NCBI GenBank assembly: GCA_964016885.1
Contig: OZ024753.1
Coordinates: forward strand, 44,888,001-44,952,000
Origin: Eledone cirrhosa
Lineage: Eukaryota
DNA: 64,000 nucleotides
Direction of reading: 5' to 3'
The translations under genes were made by a program, and so were the position numbers. Within the stretch, counting starts at the first letter, position 1; each line of letters starts with the position of its first letter. Below are positions 1 through 13,837 of the stretch, piece by piece. The notes under the pieces were generated by a model. That model was not told where the DNA came from. It saw only the letters and a list, made by a program, of their open reading frames with translations, and ran no database searches.

Positions 1-3000
1 TTATGGTTAGTGTGTAGTAGTGTAGATGTGTACACTGTGTTATAGTTAGTGTGTAGTAGTGTAGATGTGTACACTGTGTTATGGTTAGTGTGTAGTAGTA
101 TAGATGTGTACACTGTGTTATATATAGTGTAGTAGTGTAGATGTGTACACTGTGTTATGGTTAGTGTGTAGTAGTATAGATGTGTACACTGTGTTATGGT
201 TAGTGTAGTAGTGTAGATGTGTACACTGTGTTATGGTTAGTGTGTAGTAGTGTAGTAGTGTAGATGTGTACACTGTGTTATAGTTAGTGTGTAGTAGTGT
301 AGATGTGTACACTGTGTTATAGTTAGTGTGTAGTAGTGTAGTAGTGTAGATGTGTACACTGTGTTATAGTTAGTGTGTAGTAGTGTAGTAGTGTAGATGT
401 GTACACTGTGTTATAGTTAGTGTGTAGTAGTGTAGTAGTGTAGATGTGTACACTGTGTTATAGTTAGTGTGTAGTAGTGTAGATGTGTACACTGTGTTAT
501 AGTTAGTGTGTAGTAGTGTAGATGTCTACACTGTGTTATAGTTAGTGTGTAGTAGTGTAGTAGTATAGATGTGTACACTGTGTTATGGTTAGTGTGTAGT
601 AGTGTAGATGTGTACACTGTGTTATGGTTAGTGTGTAGTAGTGTAGATGTGTACACTGTGTTATGGTTAGTGTGTAGCAGTGTAGATGTGTACACTGTGT
701 TATGGTTAGTGTGTAGTAGTATAGATGTGTACACTGTGTTATAGTTAGTGTGTAGCAGTGTAGATGTGTACACTGTGTTATGGTTAGTGTGTAGTAGTGT
801 AGATGTGTACACTGTGTTATAGTTAGTGTGTAGTAGTGTAGATGTGTACACTGTGTTATGGTTAGTGTGTAGTAGTGTAGATGTGTACACTGTGTTATGG
901 TTAGTGTGTAGTAGTATAGATGTGTACACTGTGTTATAGTTAGTGTGTAGTAGTATAGATGTGTACACTGTGTTATGGTTAGTGTGTAGCAGTGTAGATG
1001 TGTACACTGTGTTATGGTTAGTGTGTAGTAGTGTAGATGTGTACACTGTGTTATGGTTAGTGTGTAGTAGTGTAGATGTGTACACTGTGTTATGGTTAGT
1101 GTCTAGTAGTGTAGATGTGTACACTGTGTTATAGTTAGTGTGTAGTAGTGTAGATGTGTACAGTGTTATGGTTAGTGTGTAGCAGTGTAGATGTGTACAC
1201 TGTGTTATAGTTAGTGTGTAGTAGTGTAGATGTGTACACTGTGTTATGGTTAGTGTGTAGTAGTGTAGATGTGTACACTGTGTTATGGTTAGTGTGTAGT
1301 AGTGTAGATGTGTACACTGTGTTATGGTTAGTGTGTAGTAGTATAGATGTGTACACTGTGTTATGGTTAGTGTGTAGTAGTGTAGATGTGTACACTGTGT
1401 TATAGTTAGTGTGTAGTAGTGTAGATGTGTACACTGTGTTATAGTTAGTGTGTAGTAGTGTAGTAGTGTAGATGTGTACACTGTGTTATAGTTAGTGTGT
1501 AGTAGTGTAGATGTGTACACTGTGTTATATATAGTGTGTAGTAGTATAGATGTGTACACTGTGTTATGGTTAGTGTGTAGTAGTGTAGATGTGTACACTG
1601 TGTTATGGTTAGTGTGTAGTAGTATAGATGTGTACACTGTGTTATGGTTAGTGTGTAGTAGTGTAGATGTGTACACTGTGTTATAGTTAGTGTGTAGTAG
1701 TGTAGATGTGTACACTGTGTTATGGTTAGTGTGTAGTAGTATAGATGTGTACACTGTGTTATATATAGTGTAGTAGTGTAGATGTGTACACTGTGTTATG
1801 GTTAGTGTGTAGTAGTATAGATGTGTACACTGTGTTATGGTTAGTGTATAGTAGTGTAGATGTGTACACTGTGTTATGGTTAGTGTGTAGTAGTGTAGTA
1901 GTGTAGATGTGTACACTGTGTTATAGTTAGTGTGTAGTAGTGTAGATGTGTACACTGTGTTATAGTTAGTGTGTAGTAGTGTAGTAGTGTAGATGTGTAC
2001 ACTGTGTTATAGTTAGTGTGTAGTAGTGTAGTAGTGTAGATGTGTACACTGTGTTATAGTTAGTGTGTAGTAGTGTAGTAGTGTAGATGTGTACACTGTG
2101 TTATAGTTAGTGTGTAGTAGTGTAGATGTGTACACTGTGTTATAGTTAGTGTGTAGTAGTGTAGATGTCTACACTGTGTTATAGTTAGTGTGTAGTAGTG
2201 TAGTAGTATAGATGTGTACACTGTGTTATGGTTAGTGTGTAGTAGTGTAGATGTGTACACTGTGTTATGGTTAGTGTGTAGTAGTGTAGATGTGTACACT
2301 GTGTTATGGTTAGTGTGTAGCAGTGTAGATGTGTACACTGTGTTATAGTTAGTGTGTAGCAGTGTAGATGTGTACACTGTGTTATGGTTAGTGTGTAGTA
2401 GTGTAGATGTGTACACTGTGTTATAGTTAGTGTGTAGTAGTGTAGATGTGTACACTGTGTTATGGTTAGTGTGTAGTAGTGTAGATGTGTACACTGTGTT
2501 ATGGTTAGTGTGTAGTAGTATAGATGTGTACACTGTGTTATAGTTAGTGTGTAGTAGTATAGATGTGTACACTGTGTTATGGTTAGTGTGTAGCAGTGTA
2601 GATGTGTACACTGTGTTATGGTTAGTGTGTAGTAGTATAGATGTGTACACTGTGTTATAGTTAGTGTGTAGTAGTGTAGATGTGTACACTGTGTTATGGT
2701 TAGTGTGTAGTAGTATAGATGTGTACACTGTGTTATAGTTAGTGTGTAGCAGTGTAGATGTGTACACTGTGTTATGGTTAGTGTGTAGTAGTGTAGATGT
2801 GTACACTGTGTTATGGTTAGTGTGTAGTAGTGTAGATGTGTACACTGTGTTATGGTTAGTGTGTAGTAGTGTAGATGTGTACACTGTGTTATAGTTAGTG
2901 TGTAGTAGTGTAGATGTGTACACTGTGTTATGGTTAGTGTGTAGCAGTGTAGATGTGTACACTGTGTTATAGTTAGTGTGTAGTAGTGTAGATGTGTACA

Positions 3001-5210
3001 CTGTGTTATGGTTAGTGTGTAGTAGTGTAGATGTGTACACTGTGTTATGGTTAGTGTGTAGTAGTGTAGATGTGTACACTGTGTTATGGTTAGTGTGTAG
3101 CAGTGTAGATGTGTACACTGTGTTATAGTTAGTGTGTAGTAGTGTAGATGTGTACACTGTGTTATGGTTAGTGTGTAGCAGTGTAGATGTGTACACTGTG
3201 TTATGGTTAGTGTGTAGTAGTGTAGATGTGTACACTGTGTTATGGTTAGTGTGTAGTTGTGTAGATGTGTACACTATGTTATAGTTAGTGTGTAGTAGTA
3301 TAGATGTGTACACTGTGTTATGGTTAGTGTGTAGTAGTATAGATGTGTACACTGTGTTATAGTTAGTGTGTAGTAGTGTAGATGTGTACACTGTGTTATG
3401 GTTAGTGTGTAGTAGTATAGATGTGTACACTGTGTTATATATAGTGTAGTAGTGTAGATGTGTACACTGTGTTATGGTCAGTGTGTAGTAGTATAGATGT
3501 GTACACTGTGTTATGGTTAGTGTGTAGTAGTGTAGATGTGTACACTGTGTTATAGTTAGTGTGTAGTAGTGTAGATGTGTACACTCTGTTATAGTTAGTG
3601 TGTAGTAGTGTAGTAGTGTAGATGTGTACACTGTGTTATAGTTAGTGTGTAGTAGTGTAGATGTGTACACTGTGTTATATATAGTGTGTAGTAGTATAGA
3701 TGTGTACACTGTGTTATGGTTAGTGTGTAGTAGTGTAGATGTGTACACTGTGTTATGGTTAGTGTGTAGTAGTATAGATGTGTACACTGTGTTATGGTTA
3801 GTGTGTAGTAGTGTAGATGTGTACACTGTGTTATAGTTAGTGTGTAGTAGTGTAGATGTGTACACTGTGTTATGGTTAGTGTGTAGTAGTATAGATGTGT
3901 ACACTGTGTTATATATAGTGTAGTAGTGTAGATGTGTACACTGTGTTATGGTTAGTGTGTAGTAGTATAGATGTGTACACTGTGTTATGGTTAGTGTATA
4001 GTAGTGTAGATGTGTACACTGTGTTATGGTTAGTGTGTAGTAGTGTAGATGTGTACACTGTGATATAGTTAGTGTGTAGTAGTGTAGTAGTGTAGATGTG
4101 TACACTGTGTTATGGTTAGTGTGTAGTAGTGTAGATGTGTACACTGTGTTATAGTTAGTGTGTAGTAGTGTAGATGTGTACACTGTGTTATGGTTAGTGT
4201 GTAGTAGTATAGATGTGTACACTGTGTTATGGTTAGTGTGTAGCAGTGTAGATGTGTACACTGTGTTATAGTTAGTGTGTAGTAGTGTAGATGTGTACAC
4301 TGTGTTATGGTTAGTGTGTAGTAGTGTAGATGTGTACACTGTGTTATGGTTAGTGTGTAGTAGTGTAGATGTGTACACTGTGTTATGGTTAGTGTGTAGC
4401 AGTGTAGATGTGTACACTGTGTTATAGTTAGTGTGTAGCAGTGTAGATGTGTACACTGTGTTATGGTTAGTGTGTAGTAGTGTAGATGTGTACACTGTGT
4501 TATGGTTAGTGTGTAGTAGTGTAGATGTGTACACTGTGTTATGGTTAGTGTGTAGTAGTGTAGATGTGTACACTGTGTTATAGTTAGTGTGTAGTAGTCT
4601 AGATGTGTACACTGTGTTATGGTTAGTGTGTAGCAGTGTAGATGTGTACACTGTGTTATAGTTAGTGTGTAGTAGTGTAGATGTGTACACTGTGTTATAG
4701 TTAGTGTGTAGTAGTGTAGATGTGTACACTGTGTTATGGTTAGTGTGTAGTAGTATAGATGTGTACACTGTGTTATAGTTAGTGTGTAGTAGTCTAGATG
4801 TGTACACTGTGTTATGGTTAGTGTGTAGCAGTGTAGATGTGTACACTGTGTTATAGTTAGTGTGTAGTAGTGTAGATGTGTACACTGTGTTATGGTTAGT
4901 GTGTAGCAGTGTAGATGTGTACACTGTGTTATAGTTAGTGTGTAGTAGTGTAGATGTGTACACTGTGTTATGGTTAGTGTGTAGTAGTATAGATGTGTAC
5001 ACTGTGTTATAGTTAGTGTGTAGTAGTGTAGATGTGTACACTGTGTTATAGTTAGTGTGTAGTAGTATAGATGTGTACACTGTGTTATGGTTAGTGTGTA
5101 GCAGTGTAGATGTGTACACTGTGTTATAGTTAGTGTGTAGTAGTGTAGATGTGTACACTGTGTTATGGTTAGTGTGTAGCAGTGTAGATGTGTACACTGT
5201 GTTATGGTTA
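1..5210. repeat. 39-bp minisatellite (runs off the window edge)
   Basis: Unit gtagtagtgtagatgtgtacactgtgttat(g/a)gttagtgt; source of the 13-aa-repeat ORFs. Confidence 0.97.
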
Positions 5211-5269
5211 GAGGTGTCTGTAAGCCTATTATAATTATATGAGCTAGTTGCTATTGAAACAACTAAGCT

Positions 5270-5311
<42 letters not shown>

Positions 5312-5374
5312 CATATGTGTGAGTGTGTATATATATATATATATATATATAACATATGTGTGAGTGTGTATATA

Positions 5375-5417
<43 letters not shown>

Positions 5418-5439
5418 CATATGTGTGAGTGTGTATATA

Positions 5440-5480
<41 letters not shown>

Positions 5481-5619
5481 CATATGTGTGAGTGTGTATA
5501 TATATATGTATATATATATATATATGCACTCACACAGACATCCCTTCAGGGCAAACCAGCACTTGAAACAACTTAGGTGTATATATATATATATATATAC
5601 ATATATATACACACACACA

Positions 5620-6363
5620 CATCCACTACACAGTATCATATATATATATACACACCATCCACTACACAGTATCATATATATATATATACACATCCACTAC
5701 ACAGTATCATATATATATACACACACATCCACTACACAGTATCATATATATATATACACACATCCACTACACAGTATCATATATATATATACACACCATC
5801 CACTACACAGTATCATATATATATATATATACACATCCACTACACAGTATCATATACACACACACACACATCCACTACACAGTATCATATATATATACAC
5901 ACACATCCACTACACAGTATCATATATATATACACACACATCCACTACACAGTATCATATATATATATACACACCATCCACTACACAGTATCATATATAT
6001 ATATATATACACATCCACTACACAGTATCATATACACACACACACACATCCACTACACAGTATCATATATATATACACACACCATCCACTACACAGTATC
6101 ATATACACACACACACATCCACTACACAGTATCATATATATATACACACACATCCACTACACAGTATCATATATATATATACACACATCCACTACACAGT
6201 ATCATATATATATATATACACATACACACATCCACTACACAGTATCATATATATATATACACACACATCCACTACACAGTATCATATATATATATATACA
6301 CACCATCCACTACACAGTATCATATATATATATATACACACCATCCACTACACAGTATCATAT
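5620..6363. repeat. Variable-length repeat catccactacacagtatcat(AT)n(AC)n
   Basis: Constant 20-bp core with microsatellite spacers. Confidence 0.93.
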
Positions 6364-6436
6364 AACCAATACAAACATCTGTAGTTGCTCTGTTTTTGTT
6401 ACATTTAATTATTTGTGTTCAATGGCTGCCAAAGAC

Positions 6437-9088
6437 TATATACTATATACTACTTACAATATAGAATATACTATATACTATATACTACTTACAATATAGA
6501 ATATACTATATACTATATACTCTCTACTACTTACAATATAGAATATACTATATACTATATACTCTCTACTACTTACAATATAGAATATACTATATACTAT
6601 ATACTCTCTACTACTTACAATATAGAATATACTATATACTATATACTCTCTACTACTTACAATATAGAATATACTATATACTATATACTATATACTACTT
6701 ACAATATAGAATATACTATATACTACTTACAATATAGAATATACTATATACTCTCTACTACTTACAATATAGAATATACTATATACTATATACTCTCTAC
6801 TACTTACAATATAGAATATACTATATACTATATACTCTCTACTACTTACAATATAGAATATACTATATACTATATACTATATACTACTTACAATATAGAA
6901 TATACTATATACTACTTACAATATAGAATATACTATATACTATATACTCTCTACTACTTACAATATAGAATATACTATATACTACTTACAATATAGAATA
7001 TACTATATACTACTTACAATATAGAATATACTATATACTATATACTCTCTACTACTTACAATATAGAATATACTATATACTATATACTCTCTACTACTTA
7101 CAATATAGAATATACTATATACTATATACTCTCTACTACTTACAATATAGAATATACTATATACTATATACTCTCTACTACTTACAATATAGTATATACT
7201 ATATACTATATACTACTTACAATATAGAATATACTATATACTATATACTCTCTACTACTTACAATATAGAATATACTATATACTCTCTACTACTTACAAT
7301 ATAGAATATACTATATACTATATACTCTCTACTACTTACAATATAGAATATACTATATACTATATACTCTCTACTACTTACAATATAGAATATACTATAT
7401 ACTATATACTACTTACAATATAGAATATACTATATACTACTTACAATATAGAATATACTATATACTCTCTACTACTTACAATATAGAATATACTATATAC
7501 TACTTACAATATAGAATATACTATATACTACTTACAATATAGAATATACTATATACTATATACTCTCTACTACTTACAATATAGAATATACTATATACTA
7601 TATACTCTCTACTACTTACAATATAGAATATACTATATACTATATACTCTCTACTACTTACAATATAGAATATACTATATACTATATACTCTCTACTACT
7701 TACAATATAGTATATATTATATACTATATACTACTTACAATATAGAATATACTATATACTATATACTCTCTACTACTTACAATATAGAATATACTATATA
7801 CTATATACTACTTACAATATAGAATATACTATATACTATATACTACTTACAATATAGAATATACTATATACTATATACTATATACTACTTACAATATAGA
7901 ATATACTATATACTATATACTGCTTACAATATACTATATACTATATACAATCTTCAATATACTATGTACTATGTATTATATACTATATACTATCTAGAAT
8001 ATATTATATACTATGTATTATATACTATATACTATCTAGAATATACTATATACTATGTATTATATACTATATACTGTCTAGAATATACTATATACTATGT
8101 ATTATATACTATATACTATCTAGAATATACTATATACTATGTATTATATACTATATACTGTCTAGAATATACTATATACTATGTATTATATACTATATAC
8201 TATCTAGAATATACTATATACTATGTATTATATACTATATACTGTCTAGAATATACTATATACTGCTTACAATATACTATATACAATCTTCAATATACTA
8301 TATACTATGTACTATATACTATATACTATCTAGAATATATTATATACTATGTATTATATACTATATACTATCTAGAATATACTATATACTATGTATTATA
8401 TACTATATACTGTCTAGAATATACTATATACTGCTTACAATATACTATATACAATCTTCAATATACTATATACTATGTACTATGTATTATATACTATATA
8501 CTATCTAGAATATATTATATACTATGTATTATATACTATATACTATCTAGAATATACTATATACTATGTATTATATACTATATACTGTCTAGAATATACT
8601 ATATACTATGTATTATATACTATATACTGTCTAGAATATACTATATACTACTTACAATATACTATATACAATCTTCAATATACTATATACTATATACTAT
8701 CTAGAATATATTATATACTATGTATTATATACTATATACTATCTAGAATATACTATATACTATGTATTATATACTATATACTGTCTAGAATATACTATAT
8801 ACTATGTATTATATACTATATACTATCTAGAATATACTATATACTATGTATTATATACTATATACTGTCTAGAATATACTATATACTATGTATTATGTAC
8901 TATAGACTATCTAGAATATACTATATACTATGTATTATATACTATATACTGTCTAGAATATACTATATACTGCTTACAATATACTATATACAATCTTCAA
9001 TATACTAAATACTATGTACTATGTATTATATACTATATACTATCTAGAATATACTATATACTATGTATTATGTACTATATACTGTCTA
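6437..9088. repeat. AT-rich TACTATA-based minisatellite with two sub-arrays (switch at ~7930)
   Basis: tactacttacaatatagaata(tactata)n, then tactatgtattatatactatatacta(t/g)ctagaata. Confidence 0.95.
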
Positions 9089-9231
9089 ATCTAGGTGAAT
9101 GTTTTGCTGGATAAGCAGGCTATATATTACAAATTTAAACAGTTTAAAATAATCCTGTAATTTTCTCGTTAACCTTTCCTACTGCCCGTTACATTAATTG
9201 TATTATTACTGGAGTCACTTCTCATTAGTAA

Positions 9232-9261
9232 CTATATTGTTACAGTGTTTCTTCTTGAATC
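9232..9261 (-). CDS. DTNB: Probable last coding exon of dystrobrevin (DSRRNTVTI*)
   Basis: Strong acceptor ctgttgtttacag|GAT TCA AGA AGA AAC ACT GTA ACA ATA TAG; phase 0 fits the donor at 9980. Confidence 0.55.
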   Translation of the reverse strand, partial: DSRRNTVTI

Positions 9262-9272
9262 CTGTAAACAAC

Positions 9273-9895
9273 AGACAAGGCTACATGAGGGAGCTAAAGT
9301 AGACAAGGCTACATGAGGGAGCTAAGATAGACAAGGCTACATGAGGGAGCTAAAGTAGACAAGGCTACATGAGGGAGCTAAGATAGACAAGGCTACATGA
9401 GGGAGCTAAGATAGACAAGGCTACATGAGGGAGCTAAGATAGACAAGGCTACATGAGGGAGCTAAGATAGACAAGGCTACATGAGGGAGCTAAAGTAGAC
9501 AAGGCTACATGAGGGAGCTAAGATAGACAAGGCTACATGAGTGAGCTAAAGTAGACAAGGCTACATGAGGGAGCTAAGATAGACAAGGCTACATGAGGGA
9601 GCTAAGATAGACAAGGCTACATGAGGGAGCTAAGATAGACAAGGCTACATGAGGGAGCTAAGATAGACAAGGCTACTTGAGGGAGCTAAGATAGACAAGG
9701 CTACATGAGGGAGCTAAGATAGACAAGGCTACATGAGGGAGCTAAGATGGACAACACTACATGAGGGATCTAAGATGGACAAAGCTACATGAGGGAGCTA
9801 AGTTGGACAACGCTACATGAGGGAGCTAAGTTGGACAATGCTACATGAGTGAACTAAGTTGGACAATGCTACATGAGGGAGCTAAGGTGGACAAG
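9273..9895. repeat. 28-bp minisatellite filling the last intron
   Basis: Unit agacaaggctacatgagggagctaagat, ~22 copies, diverging toward 9895. Confidence 0.96.
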
Positions 9896-9979
9896 AAGGA
9901 GAGATCCATGTGAAATTCTACGTCAAGCCAGAATTATTTGTTCAATAAACCAAGAAGAGAAAGAAGAAAAGTTTATTAC

Positions 9980-10133
9980 TTTAGGATGGTTATCATATAG
10001 TTCTGAATCATCGTCGTCTGTGAGTGCACGGCTGCCGTCATTGGTCCCAATATAGGATTCACCATCATCTGTAACAAGGACACTTGCATCATCATCTGTA
10101 CGCCCATAAGATTCACAGTCATCAGGAATGTAT
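9980..10133 (-). CDS. DTNB: Dystrobrevin C-terminal tail exon (acidic Tyr repeats)
   Basis: cattgcag|A TAC ATT...CCT AAA|gtaata, 154 nt. Encodes YIPDDCESYGRTDDDASVLVTDDGESYIGTNDGSRALTDDDDSELYDNHPK. If the donor is not used, the frame reads on to a stop at 9923. Confidence 0.8.
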
Positions 10134-10169
10134 CTGCAATGGAAATGGCAGCAAAACACTAGATATGAC

Positions 10170-10207
<38 letters not shown>

Positions 10208-10378
10208 TGTAATAAACAACATAAGACAAGTATTCCATTTACCAAAGGTTTCCTGAAGACAGACGAGCTCGACACAGACATCTGAAATCACTCACCAGAA
10301 TGAACATTTTTATTACATAACTAAATAGCTCTGTAGCTTACATAGAGCACTCTCCTTTCCTTTACCCTTTCTACGGAA

Positions 10379-10420
<42 letters not shown>

Positions 10421-10498
10421 TATCAGAATGGAGGTGGTAAAAACCAGTTAGATCATTACTCATCAGAGTACTCAATACTTAGGGTAGTAGAGTGAGTA

Positions 10499-10700
<202 letters not shown>

Positions 10701-10718
10701 ACACACACACACACACAC

Positions 10719-10763
<45 letters not shown>

Positions 10764-10772
10764 CACACACAC

Positions 10773-10845
<73 letters not shown>

Positions 10846-11147
10846 AACTAGACAGGGAGATGTGGTCAGAAGAATTTATTGTGTTCAACCTTTGACATGT
10901 TTCTGTACAATTACATAAGAAAGAATATTTGGTAAGCTCGCTCTGGTCGATCCACAAGATCTCAGACATTCACTTGTCGAGTGCGGTGGACCTCGTCAAA
11001 TTGGACCAAGGAAACAATGTTCCCATTGGTCTTTCCATTGCTGATCCCGGCCACAATTAAACCTAAGACCTTATGGTTCCACAACAAAATTTGACAATAT
11101 TCACATTAAGACAACATTAAACTATTTAAAGAGTTACTATAACGACT

Positions 11148-11412
11148 GCTTTCATGGCAACAGTTGTTAAAGACACTATAGCTAGCATCAATAACCATGG
11201 CAACAGTTGTTAAGGAAAGTATAGCTAGCATCAATCACATTTGCCATTAATATCAGTTGCCATGACAACAGTTGCTATTGCAGCAGTGAATAACTACAGT
11301 AGGCATGACATCAGTTAACAACAATAGTAGCTAGCAACAGTTGCCAAGGCAACATCATTACAACAACAGTTGCTATGACAACAATGTTAACATTCTAGTT
11401 GCCATAGGAAAC
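11148..11412. promoter_or_regulatory. Homotypic cluster of RFX X-box-like motifs (candidate intronic enhancer)
   Basis: gttgccatgacaac (11256), gttgccaaggcaac (11340), gttgctatgacaac (11369), gttgccataggaaac (11398), plus weaker ..catggcaac sites. Confidence 0.5.
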
Positions 11413-11717
11413 CACAATATAAAGGAAGAGGTTATCTACCAATCACAGAGTTTCACCTGCTACTACAAGATGAAGAAGAAGAAGAAGAAGAAGAAGAAAA
11501 CAACATGAATAATAACAACAACACAACACTTAACAACAACAACACAAAGAAGAACAACAACACCACCACAACAACAACATAACAACAACATAACAACAAC
11601 AACACCACAACAACAACACCACAGCAACAACACCACAACAACAACACCACAACAACAACAACACCACAACAACACCACAAAGAAGAACAACAACACCAAC
11701 ATAACAACAACACTTAC

Positions 11718-11886
11718 GGATCTGTTTCTGAATCACTTTGGTTTCGACTGCTACTGTTGCTGCCCTTTTGGCGTCGTGCCCTTAACTGTGCCAAGAATTC
11801 TGACTCTTGGTCTAACCTTCGTTTCACTTCATCGCGCCAACCATCAACATCGTCTGAGGTGTGGGTCGGGTAGTAAGCCTCAATAT
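11718..11886 (-). CDS. DTNB: Dystrobrevin C-terminal tail exon
   Basis: atttag|AT ATT GAG...GAT CC|gtaagt, 169 nt, open frame. Encodes DIEAYYPTHTSDDVDGWRDEVKRRLDQESEFLAQLRARRQKGSNSSSRNQSDSETDP. Confidence 0.82.
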
Positions 11887-12278
11887 CTAAATTACCTTCA
11901 ACATTAAAAACATTTCATTGACAGACATATATCTATACACTGATGGAATATTAATTACGGTTTAGAGGGTATACGGTGCCAATATTTATTTGGAGAATGT
12001 ATATCATAGGACGAAGAAAGGAACAAGTACAAGATGTTATAGTTGAACTAAATTATTTTTTAAAAAGTAAAGCAAAGGAACTGATTGTATGATCAGACCA
12101 AGACCCCCCACAAATAGGGCACATGGTTTGACCCTTTATATATATATATGTAAATAAGACTGTTATTGCTTCAACCAGTTAATTCCCCATTAATAACTAC
12201 CATAAACATACATACACTTACATTACACACATATATACACTATATGCATATATATATCAAGCCATTTCTATATTAAAC

Positions 12279-12322
<44 letters not shown>

Positions 12323-12515
12323 TAGATAGATAGATATGTTTCTTTATTAGCCACAGGGGCACAAAAGAAGGGGACAAATACAAAGGGGGAAGTTTACATA
12401 CAATAAAAACGTGTAGAGAGATAAGTATAAATATGGTAACAGGAAAAACATATTTGTGTATTCACCTCAAACATATTGATTTGATCTACACAAACAAAAT
12501 TTTATTTATCTTCTC

Positions 12516-12572
<57 letters not shown>

Positions 12573-13169
12573 TATATATACATATATATATATACATATA
12601 TATATCTATATCCAAAATTAAGATAAATCAAATGAATTTAATCTAAATCAAAATTATGGGTGTCATGCCAGAAAGACATGCGCCATATCACCCGCAAAAT
12701 AAGCTCTAAGATTCTAACGAGTAGGTCTGAGCATTTTATAAGGTATCTATTTTTGAAGTTCTGGTCAACTTTATTTAGTTACCTACCTAGCTGTGTGTGC
12801 TTACACACTTGTAAAAATTATCTCCTGTGATTATTCATGTTTATTTATATGTTAATCAATTTCTAGTTATTATATACATATATATATATATATGCCAGCA
12901 AGCAAGTAGGATTGTCTGTCAAACACACAAATGTGAACTCAGACATACCCAGAACAAACCCAAAGCAATCATCGAATGCCCTCGAATTATCGAATACGTG
13001 AATAATACATTCAGAAAAAGCCAACAATAAACAAAATATCTAGTGTGTGTATGTGTGTGTGTGTGTATAATAGAGAGAGTGAGTGAGTGAGAGAGAGTGT
13101 ATATATATATATAATTGAGAGAGTGTGTGTATATGTATATATATATATATATATATGTGTGTGTATATG

Positions 13170-13244
<75 letters not shown>

Positions 13245-13263
13245 GAGAGAGTGTGTGTATATA

Positions 13264-13347
<84 letters not shown>

Positions 13348-13375
13348 ATTGAGAGAGTGTGTGTATATATATATA

Positions 13376-13420
<45 letters not shown>

Positions 13421-13426
13421 GAGAGA

Positions 13427-13467
<41 letters not shown>

Positions 13468-13493
13468 TATATATAATATATATATATACACAC

Positions 13494-13537
<44 letters not shown>

Positions 13538-13542
13538 GAGAG

Positions 13543-13599
<57 letters not shown>

Positions 13600-13627
13600 A
13601 AGAGAGTGTGTGTGTAAGTGAACTTAC

Positions 13628-13681
13628 CTGAGGCAGCCAGTGTCCCTAAAGCACTACTTTCATCTTCACTGCCGCTACCTT
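13628..13681 (-). CDS. DTNB: Dystrobrevin coding exon (54 nt, symmetric phase 1-1)
   Basis: cttcttcag|AA GGT AGC...TCA G|gtaagt. Encodes [18 protein letters not shown]; phases fit both neighbours. Confidence 0.85.
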
Positions 13682-13837
13682 CTGAAGAAGAAATAAGAGA
13701 AGTGAAGCAAGAATTAACTAAAGACTTAAACCAGGAAAGAAACATTGAAATTACTTTTGGGGAAAACAAAAGTAAATAAAAAAAAGACTGTTGCGAACTT
13801 TTATTTTTTCAAATATATGTTGTGTTTTGCTTGAAGC

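Noticed and set aside
5620-6363. CRISPR-like constant repeat with variable spacers
   Set aside because: Spacers are only (AT)n(AC)n; eukaryotic context and no cas genes.
10850-11045. Possible extra exon
   Set aside because: Shares aattggaccaaggaaa..attggtct..ccattgc with 30968-31010 (inverted), so a dispersed repeat; flanking exons already join in phase.
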